A DNA stretch of 64,000 nucleotides from Takakia lepidozioides (Eukaryota > Plantae > Bryophyta): positions 55,800,001-55,864,000 of the forward strand of contig CM060733.1 in NCBI GenBank assembly GCA_030704615.1, in the 5' to 3' direction. The notes under the pieces were generated by a model. The model worked only from the letters and a program-made list of their open reading frames with translations. It was not told the origin of the DNA and made no database searches. The stretch's first letter is position 1. Each line of letters starts with the position of its first letter. Below, piece after piece: positions 1 to 10,536 of the stretch. A program made the translations under genes and the position numbers.

Positions 1-1029
1 TCATCCTGTGAACTCGCAATTCACTAATCAGCATCTCTTTCTTACAATGGCAGTCTTCCAACGGTGACTGACAGGGATTCGTCGCTGCACATTTGATCCG
101 CCCTCCACTCTTTTGCACAGCCCACAAACGTTGGGAATGTGGTGTTAAACGTACCATTTTGGCAATTGTAGACCAATCAGACATAGAAAGCAGATAGTAA
201 TGACCGTTTGTATCATGTAGAATTGTATGAAAGAAGAATTAGATTGGATATGAGTGTTTGTGATTATGAAAGAAAGAAGACGGAATTATCATAGAATGTG
301 GATGGAGACATCGAGTAGAAGGATAGTTGAGTTTGGAGAGAACTGTTGAGGAATTTGGAGGGGTTTGAGAAGATCAGAGATCAACAGATTGGACCTCTAC
401 CAGGGATGTAGGACTGTGGACCTTGCAGATTCAGAGGTGGTGAGATGTTGCAGAGGGATTGATTGACTGTCACAAACATTCCAGGTATTATATTGAGCGA
501 TCTTCTTTAGCGAGGGCTTGAAAAGGAAGTGATCATATGTTACTGACGATGGGAGCTATATTGAGAGAATCCTCTAAATCTGGGCCAGTTCTCCAGAAAA
601 TTTGATAGTTGGGGGCAAGGACTTTTCTGGGGACATTGAGTAGTGGGCAGAGAGAAGACAATTCTGGCACCTGGGTCATTATGGGCTGTACTGTTGGTTC
701 ACTTCTCTGTGGTTCACAACTCACCAGCCTTTCGGCCTTCTCAAAAGAGGAAGTTGTCAGTATTAAATTCTTGGATGTAATTGCAGCTCCTGAAAGCACT
801 GTATGATGCTTTTAACAGAGTGCAGAGCAGTTCGGCCTAGATGCGGGCTTAATATTGCCTCCAGGGGCAAATGCAGGAGCGTTTGTCAGGTCAACCCGGT
901 TTATAGAGTGTTTTATGCTGCTGAACTAGCACATTTGTGGTGATGTCTAAGCCACTATCTTTTGGACGTGTGCTGAGGTGCAGATATTCTTGGAAAAAAG
1001 TTCTGATTTGAAGGCCACACCATTCAAGT

Positions 1030-4000
1030 ATGGCGAAGAGAGATCTGTCCTCCTCATGTGGAGAGGATCTTGATGAGGCCATTGATACTGCCACATCAAG
1101 GGCCTTGTGGGACCCTGCTGCAAGGACCCCCAATGCTCCTGCTAGTGGAACAGAAGATTTGCAACCAAGCAACAAAGCAGCCAGGGAACCCAGCGACATT
1201 GTTGTAGGGGAGGCCTGCAAGGCAGAAGCTCTGCTAAAAGTAGCAGGAGTGGCAGCAGCAGCCATCAGTATCCAACGTATGTATCGGGGCTATCGAACAC
1301 GACGTAAGCTTGCAGACACTGCAGTCATGGCGAAGAGATTTGGCTGGTATTCTTTTTCTTCCCAAACACTCCTGAGCATGCAAGTCTCTATGCTGGTTGT
1401 TCTGGGGAGATCCGGAATCCTTCTTCCTGGTGGCACCCAACCAACTTATTGTTATGGCCATCTGGTCGATTTTCAGAGTTGTATCCAATGTTGGGATTTG
1501 AATCTCCACGTTCTTCATTGATTGTTTTACTACGATGGATTCAACACAAGGCTTGCAACAAGAAAGATTCTACCGGTGCAGGTAGAATTGGATCTGGACA
1601 GGCTGGTGAACTTCCAGGAAAAACCATCAGGTTCAAAGAAGACCTAAGTGACTTGATAGTTGTATCACAGAGAGAAACTTCCAGAGAATTTGTAGCTGTT
1701 CCACTCCGGTCCACTGTTAAAACTAAGATCTGTCAAGACAGGATAGACACCACAAGCTCAAGTGACAAGGGGATACACTATTCAGTGGTATGACCTATAC
1801 AGAAGCCGCTGTCTCCACATGATTAACTCATACTGATGAGTCATGATGGCTGGGGAAACAGGTGGAATGTATTAGAAGCAGCAATGCTGCAACACAACAC
1901 TGCAGAATTCTATGCCTACAACAAAACCCAACATGCTGCTGAGCGCTGGGATCGCATGCAGAAAAAAGCTTCTAAGGTACCTTCCGTTTGTCTCATCTTC
2001 ACTCCAGGGGTCGAATTCAAGGTCTGCTAGCAAGTTGTTGGTGGTTCCTCATTTGGTAGAGCTCTTCATGGTCCATGAGCGTTCAACCAGTCTAGCCATG
2101 TGTATGACTGACTGTGTCACCACGAGATTTGCACCAGGCATATGTTTGGAAATGTAGCTAGTGGTCAGCAAAAATTTGGTCTTCCTTTTGGGACGGGCTG
2201 TGAGATTTCTTGTCTTTTGAGTAAGTGTAAACCTATCTGGAATCTGCTTGCATACCTGGCTCATATTCCCCTCACTATCTGAAAGTTTTGAACCGGAGGG
2301 AGTGCACATTATAGCAGATTATGATGCTGATTGAATGAACCTTTTTTTTAATTGTTTATTTTGCACAAATTCCTTGACTTCCTCTTACTCACAGTTGAAG
2401 TATGAAGTTTCCTAGCATAGATAATGCATTGCCAGTGTCAGTATTTCAGTGAGGGACAGGGGTTGTGGGCCACAGGTAGGAAGGGGCTTGTCTAAGCACA
2501 GCAAGGCCGTCAAGCTTGCACTTCAACACTGGCTTGAAGCTGTAAGCATCAACTCTTTTGTACCCCCATCTTTCTGATATTGTACTCTCTTCTTTCTCCC
2601 TTTTTCTGCGTATGGGTGTCTGTAAACTAGCAGGCAATATTAGCAGCGCTGTAATCATGATAGGCTCTCCACTAGGATGTCTGTGCCAAGCTTTAGATCA
2701 ACATTCAATAATTTACTGTTGGGCTGGTATTAATACCCTTGGGTTGGTACCGAATGCGACCTGTTTCCCTCCAATGTATGACATAACGAAAAATCACAAG
2801 GAACAGTCAATGAAACAATATGATTATCTTCTGCAGGATCTATGCCCACAAGGCTAGAGCAGTTCCCATCTCTACTTTGTCTCATGGACCTTTTGGGCCT
2901 ACTGCAAACATAATAAACTTCCTTATCTCTCTCTCTAAGTGGAAACAGAGCTATTATTCCTGTTCTAGTGCCGAGATCTGGGGCAGGTATTGCTGTTCTG
3001 TTAAAGACTCCCCATCCCTGACAGAGGCCCTTATCTTGAGGATCCAAAGTGCTTGTCAACTTTCGTGCATGAGGCTGATCCTTGAGATGTGAAGTGCTTG
3101 TACTATCTGATTTCTGATGGTCATTCTACTCCCTCCTGGATGTATTATCTCACTCTTTCTTTTCCTCTTCCTCTCAGCGTTTCTTCATTTTTCATTTTGC
3201 AGTATTGTTGTACTTCCATTAGTTTTATTGCAATACTAAGTGCATGGCTGTGCTTTACAAACACATATTCCTTTCTGTGGTCCTTTGTTGTTCTACTTGG
3301 GCCCTTTGGGCCTCCTGTGGATGTTTTCTTTCTTTCTCTTCTTCTATTCTCCTCCTGATTCATCTGCTTTGGTACCTGGGTAGGTTGATGCAAGACACAG
3401 ATATGGACACAACTTACGGTTTTACTATGAAATCTGGCTCAAGAGCCCAACTGAGGAACCCTTCTTCTATTGGTAAGCTGCATTTGGTGAATTCTCTGAT
3501 ACTCTCGTTGTGGTGTTTTTGCAACATCAACGCCCAAATAATTCCTCGCACTCTCACTGTACACTTTGAAGGCAATAGTGGTCCAGTCTGCTTGTAATCA
3601 TGTCATATGTTCACCCTTCGGTGCAGGTTGGATGTAGGCGGGGGCAGGGAGGTGGAAGTGGAGAAATGTTTGAGAAGCAAACTTCAGAAGGAAGTTATCA
3701 CATACCTTGGACCGGTATTGCTCCTGTTTCGTTTTGCATGGTCAGCATCAGGGGACAAATCTACGACAGTTCAAACACATCAGAATGAATGTTATCCTTC
3801 TGTTGACATACTTCTGATCAGGAATCAACAAAGAATCTTCTTCAACTGCCTGTGAAAGCAGGCAAACAGAACCTTTTTTCTAGAACAGGCTTCCTCATGG
3901 ATACTTGGATTGTTCTTAGGATCGTGTGGAATGTCAATTACTGTGATCTAGAAGAAGGATTTTACGGTTGCTCGTGAAGCATGCTTGGGAAGGGCTTCTG

Positions 4001-6360
4001 ACTGACACAGGAAATGACCATACAGGAAGAGAGGAAGCAGTATGAGGTGGTCATTAAAGGTGGCAAGCTTTTTTACAATCTCAGTGGTCAGCCTGTGCAC
4101 ACTGCCACCAACGACCGCTGGATCTTTGTTATGTGTCCTTCTGGAAAGTTATACGTCGCTCAGGTACTCAGAGGCCTCTCTAGTTAATAATGCTGTCTTC
4201 ATTCTTCCTATTATGTCCTCAGCATCTTGTACATTCCTCTCTTTTGGTCTATTTGCTGATCTCTGTGCTGGTCGATGCTGTTGGTAAGAAAATAGGGATC
4301 TTAGGATGTGATACTATAAATTTGTAGCTATCTGTATATGGAAGTTGTGCAGATCATATATGCCTTTTAGGCTTTTTTGATAATGCATTCAGTTTGAGTT
4401 GAGCAGAAGCGGAAGGGAAAGTTTCAACACTCGAGCTTCTTGGCTGGAGGTGCCACAACTGCTGCTGGCCGCCTCCTGGTAACCGATGGTGTTTTGGAGG
4501 TATACGTCTGCTGAATTCAGCCCTCTTTGTTGCTTGTGTGACAATTTATTTGAAATTAGAACTTGCTAATGTGGTAAGGTTAGTTTGCTACAGCTTTTAA
4601 GCTGCCATTTGAACTTTCCTTCGCACTTTGTTACATGCATGACAATCTAGCCCAGATTGATAGTCAGTTGTACAGTAAGGTTTGTTTGCTGTTGGTAAGC
4701 TGCATGTGTCAGGCAATAGGGGCCCAGGCACCTTCCTCTTGGCCGGCATGATTGAAGGAAGGTAGATATCCCATTGCTCATAATTGTTGGTGGAAGGACA
4801 AAGCAAGTGCTGTGATACCATCATAACTGGTGAAGCTATCTGCCTTGGTATTTTATTGTTTGGCTACAGCTAATGGAGGCGCACAGTGGGCACTACCGTC
4901 CAAGTCCGGAGAATTTCCGGACAATGATCCACATTCTGAGTAACCATGGGGCTGACCTGACTGTGGCCAAGGTATGCTTGCAAGCGTTTTGAGCTAGTGT
5001 GTGTTGCGTGTGTGTGGTCGACATGATGGAATGATGTCTGACGGCTTACATCCATATCTTGTGCATGTTTGTGCACAATGTCTCTACCCCCGCTTGCCTT
5101 TCCCCAGCTTTTCTTTCTCTTTCTTGAGGGCCCCACTCTCTTTCTTGTTCCATGCTTTCTCTTGTCCCATAAGCTCTTTGACCTTTCCACAAATGATATT
5201 AAGTATCATTTCTCTCTCTTTCTCTGCGCTCACTACTCTTACCTATTCAGAGACAGCCAATCCCTGACAGTAGTGTTCCATTATGATGTTGCATATCTAC
5301 ATAATGCTGTATTCTATTGGGAGACTTCTAAGGGCATTAAGGAGGCTTAGGGTGGGCTCGGGATAGAGACTGGTAGGTGGGACAACCTGCAACATGAGGA
5401 CTGCCTATGCCCCGCTTGCGCTGGTAACAACGGGGAAATCGAAAGTGAAGGACATTTCTTTCACTGTCCTTACTGTGAGATCTGTGGGAGATTCTTTTGT
5501 CTGTTCACCCTTAGACAATCGCTAGAACATTAGTTCTTATTCTTGGGTTCTGGTTTTGTTCCTCTCTCATGTTTTTCTTCCATTTTGTCCCATAAGCTCT
5601 ATGAGCTTTCCGCGGATGTTATAAAGCACCATTTCATTTCATTTCTCTCACTGAGGTCTTTCACTATGAGGATCAGAAATGCTTGGCAGCCTACCTGCAC
5701 AAGGCATTCACCCTTAGACAATCACTCGAACAATAGTTCTTATCTCTGACTCTGGTTTCCTGTTTTCTCTCATGTTTTTCTTTCCATTTTGTCCCATAAG
5801 CTCTATGAGCTTTCCGCGGACGTTATAAAGCACCATTTCATTTCATTTCATTTCTGTTCCATGATACCCAATCTCTCACAGAGGTCTTCCAGTACGTATT
5901 TTGGTGGGCCTCTGGCCTTCTTTCTTTCCACTGTCTATTCCGTGGAACCCAATCTCTCACTGAAGTCTTCCACTGTGAGGATCAGAAATGCTTGGCAGCT
6001 TACCTGCAGGAGGCCTTGACCCTTGGACAATCCCTTGAGCAGTAGTTGCTTTTGGGCTGTTTTTTGGCTCTGGTTTTGTTTCCTCTCTCTTGTTGTTTCC
6101 ATTTTGTCCCATAAACTCTTTGAGCTTTCCGCGGACGTTATAAAGTACCATTTCATTTCTTTGCGTTCTTGTTGAGGGCCCCACTTTCTTATTTATGAGC
6201 TTCCTGAGGGCGTTGCAAAGTTTTTCCTTTCTCAATCAAATTGGAGAGTGAAGTAATAAATTGACTAACAATCCCATGACTCTGACAGATTGAACTCGTA
6301 TCAGAAGAGGAGCTGCTCAAGAAAACCAAGTCCATAGGTGAAAATCACATGCCCACCTGA
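1030..6360 (+). CDS. IQM: IQ-domain-containing calmodulin-binding protein, IQM family (spliced)
   Basis: Exons deduced from GT-AG junctions and continuous frame: 1030-1346 (IQ motif [20 protein letters not shown]), 1862-1976, 2476-2541 ([16 protein letters not shown]), 3384-3472 ([20 protein letters not shown]), 3627-3714 (LDVGGGREV), 4026-4163 (WIFVM), 4407-4499 ([18 protein letters not shown]), 4870-4971 ([12 protein letters not shown]), 6289-6360. All are hallmark IQM motifs. Start codon and last exon are less certain. Confidence 0.88.
5095..6200. repeat. Degenerate tandem repeat inside the last IQM intron
   Basis: Core TTGTCCCATAAGCTCT(A/T)TGAGCTTTCCGCGGA(C/T)GTTATAAAG recurs near 5163 (diverged), 5585, 5788 and 6104; GAGGATCAGAAATGCTTGGCAGC recurs near 5668 and 5977. 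Confidence 0.8.
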
Positions 6361-7237
6361 AAGTACAGAGAAGGCTAGTGATAATTTATCACTGAACTTT
6401 GATGTTGCTATACTTCCAGAAAGGGTTGAAGAGGAACAAAGTAAGATGTATACTCTAGTAGAGGGAAGGTTAGAAGCAAGCCAGAGACCTAGAGAAGGAG
6501 GGACCTTGAATTTGCAGGGTTTTGTGCATGCCTCACACCTCTCATCAAAAGATAAATCAGAAGCTGAAGATCTAGGGAGGGCGATCTCAGCTATGGAACT
6601 GCAAAAACCAAGAAAGTCAGTGATGCAGGTCTTAGAAGCCAAGGAATACACAGTGATGTCACAATCTCAATCAAAGGACTAGCCAGAGACGCATATTAAG
6701 CAGAGCACTACAGATCTGGAAGCCAAGGAATCGAAGCAGGAGGCAAGGACAAATCAAGATTGACCGCCCATATCAGGCACTGCCACAAGGCCTGCATTTG
6801 GAACTAGCCAGGCTCAGTTTTCAGCATCTCAGGGAAAACTCACTTCACATGAGCTGATTTGGAAATTCTCACCGCTCTCTGTTCTGATGGAGTTGTCCCT
6901 TTATCAACGCTCCAAGGTGTTGCAGCAAGGCTTCCATGCCTGCTCAGAGACCCAGTTTATGGAGTAATTAGACACAATATGAGATAGATATTGCAGTGGA
7001 AATCCAGAAACCGCACGTAGAGATACTGTATCTGGTCCATTGAACATTTGGGTTTGAGTGTGCATAGTGTTCATATTGTCCAGGCTGTTACACAGAGGGA
7101 ATCTTCTTGATCTGGGATGAGGGAAACTGAAACTGAAGGGCCTCGACTATGTTTTCTTTCATCATCTTTGATTTGCAAATTCAGTGGAATATTGATGGAT
7201 CATGAATATATTCATGACTCCAGTTGTCATCTATACG

Positions 7238-7569
7238 TGTCATGCCCCGAGCATGCTCTGATCATCCCAGAGATGTCTGTATCTGGAAAGGACAAGGCTC
7301 CTTATCCGCCTCCATGAGGCCCAAACCTGCAATAGCAGGTCTGCCCAACATCAGTGGTTGAGCTCCCGAGTCCAACAAGACCCGCAGTGGCCGGTACCTC
7401 TTGCCTGCCGGTCCACTCAAAGAGAAAATGTCATCCTGGTTGTCTAACAAGACAACACCAGGTGTCACCATGGCGCGCTCAAAGGCTGGCTGCAGCTTGC
7501 CATGGCGCAGCCGTGACAGTCTTGACCCTCAAATCCGAGGACCCCTCTGCCACTATACCTTCCACTATC
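7238..7569 (-). mobile_element. Orphan ~330-bp fragment (protease region) of the DNMT-bearing Gypsy family
   Basis: Aligns by eye to 49326-49687 with scattered substitutions and one ~27-bp deletion; encodes RPLRVLLDSGAQPLMLGR. Confidence 0.92.
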
Positions 7570-7802
7570 AGGAGAAAATTTGTCAAATTTCAACTCAAAT
7601 ATTTAGTAGTTAACTAAGAATGTTTAATATTATAATAAAATCATAAACGGTAGCATTTCGCCAGGATGACTCAAAAATCAAAATGATTGAGTTTACGTTG
7701 GCAAAAAAAATCAATAATAATAATTTGAAAAACTAGGTTCACTGCCAGCAGTGGAAATATTCATTACCAAAATTCTTTCTCTGTTTTTTTTTAATGTGGA
7801 TA

Positions 7803-8040
7803 TTTTTTCCTTTTCTTTCTTTTTTATTTTTATTTTTAAAGGAAACCTGGGAGTGACAGCCCACATTTAGGAGGGGGAAAAATAACCCCCTTTCATTTAT
7901 GGGCCATGGAGGCACACAAGACTATAACATCCAGACAGAATGCCACGAACAATCCACACACAAAGCAGGGCAGCAGGTTTGAACCCCGAACACCAAGGCG
8001 TCACATTGTGCACTTATGCCCTGAGCTACCAGCTGATGTG
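7803..8040 (-). mobile_element. tRNA-derived SINE-like element
   Basis: Minus strand reads GGTAGCTCAGGGC (A-box-like) ... GGTTCAAACC (B-box), then ~130 nt of body and an A-rich tail (T-rich 7803-7837 on plus). Confidence 0.55.
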
Positions 8041-8507
8041 CTCCCTATTTTTCATTAAGAAACCAAAAAAATTGTCGATGGATAACAATTTATACAAGCG
8101 TAAATTATGGTGTCTCTTGACCCCGAAGGATTGCTGCCTTTCGACAGGAGGTGGACAGCTTTGTGTCGTAAATCGGTGGATTGAACCCACAAAGGTGGTA
8201 TGTGGCCATTACCACTGGACTACAATTTGGTTGTCATTGTAGATGTATGTCTTATGCAAAGAAGTAGGGGTAGTATTGTGCTCACGTAAGCACAAATCTA
8301 AAATAGTTTGAATGCATTGATTATGATAAACCCCTCCAATTTGATAGTCAAAAGCAACCAAGAATGATGCACAATTTGTTTTGGCTTTGTTCGGCCTTGC
8401 TTATCCCTGAACTCTGAAGTAGCATCTTGAAGATTTAGGATTGTGGATGTTTTTACATGCTCGCGGTAACATCAGTTGTTTGTTTATTGAAAAAAAGAAA
8501 AAAAGTA

Positions 8508-10497
8508 TGACACTCTCTATACTACTCTATTATAATCTATCACTATATTCACTCATTTCTACTCACTCTACTATTTAGCTATGGTCCTATTTGTTTTTGG
8601 GGCCCTAGAGGGAGCCCCCTAAATATTAATTAAAGTACTTACTATATATGTATAATAGTAAGGTGAGCACCTCCTTACATAGCCTTTGGAGGTGGCGGTG
8701 GAGACTTCCAGAAGAGGTGGTGGAGCCTTCCAGAAGACTTGGAGACTTCTAGAAGACCCCCATGTGTCCTATCCTACATAAATCATCCCACTATTTGACA
8801 TGTTCTCAATAATTGCACCCCCCAACAACTCTAATCTGAGCCCACCATTGGCTGCTCCAATGGTGCGCCTATTTCCTTACCTTCCGTATAAACATTGTAT
8901 CCCCCCTCTTTCTAGGTGTCCCTGGTCCCTACAGCCCGAGCCCACTTGTCTACTCAACATCCCCCCCTTTGCTCCGTGTCCTTCCCCTCCTTTTCCACTC
9001 GCTCCCACTTCATCCTGCCATCTTCTTACCGGCTAATATTTTCTGAATTGGCTACATATATGACTATTAAGTCAGTGTATTTGATAATTTGCTGATTATT
9101 TTTTCTAAGTCAAAGACGTCCAAATTCTTGGGGTTCAAGTGCCATAAGTCGATGCAATCCCATGATGCATCTCCTTCCACATAGCCCATGATGTCATGTT
9201 TCCTGACGTGTACTTTACATAGCCATCATGCATACTCATTCTTATCAGAGTACCGAATAAGGTCGTAAGTAGGGAATTCCAAAAAGGCCTTGATGTGAAA
9301 TGCATCGCAATTCACTTGATCACCCCCTAAAAGTGCGCAATTCAATTGAATTGCAAGGGCAATTCAATTGAACTAACCCTAATTTGCAATTCAATTGAAT
9401 TGTCAACTCGTAATTCAATTGAATTGCTGACTACAATTCAATTGAATTGTAATCTATAAATTTTTAACTTATTTTTGTATATAATATATAATATATATGT
9501 ACATGTATATATTCAAATTATATTTATACGCATATAAGAGTATAAGCTAAAAATACATGTTGCCCGTCTATTCTTGCTGGCCCTCTTTCTTGTGCCCTTG
9601 AGGAAATTGTGGAGTTGTGAAGCCACCCTCAGCCTCAGTGAGAAAGGGAGAGCCAGAGACGGAGACAAATCAGCAGTTTCCTGTGATTCACTGGCAAAAG
9701 AAACATGGCTGGCTCCGAAAAAAACAGACAAAATCAAACCTGACAATTGATGAAAGGCTTCCCCTGCATCACCATGTAGTCCCCTAACACTAGTATCTAG
9801 CCAAGGACAAAGAAAACAAAAAATATGTTCATCTTGAGAATTATCAAAAATTTCGATACCCTTACAAAGGTATCATGTTGAAGTTGGGATGTGTGTTCTA
9901 TATAAGTTTAATATATCAAACTCTTACACGTTGATACTCTTACATTGGTATCATGTTTGGTATATGTACATAGCCATATATTGGCACCAACATCCACAAA
10001 GAGAGACAATCCCGCTTTTACAAGCTCTTCGTGACTTCCTCTCTCTCTCTCTCTCTCCCTCTCCCTTAGGCTTATCTTGGGCTCAAGCCTTACCACGGGC
10101 AAAGGATTGACAGACGGACAGCAAGAATAGACGGGCAACATGTATTTTTAGCTTATAGTGTATGTATATATGTATAATTTAAATATATACATATATATTA
10201 TATACAGAAATAAGTTAAAAATTATAAATTTTCAATTCAATTGAATTGTAGTCAGCAATTCAATTCAATTGCCAACTAGCGATTCAATTGAATTGCTGAC
10301 TACAATTGAATTGAATTGTAATTTATAATTTTTAACTTATTTCTATATATAATATATAATATATACATATGTATATATTTAAATTATACATATATACATA
10401 CACAGGTATAAGCTAAAAATACATGTTGCCCATCTATTCTTGCTGTCCGTCTGTCAATCCTTTGCCCGTGGTAAGGCTTGAGCCCAAGATAAGCCTA

Positions 10498-10536
<39 letters not shown>

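Noticed and set aside
1-1029. Short ORFs and a TWNV motif suggestive of a LINE endonuclease start
   Set aside because: No further endonuclease motifs follow; nothing assignable.
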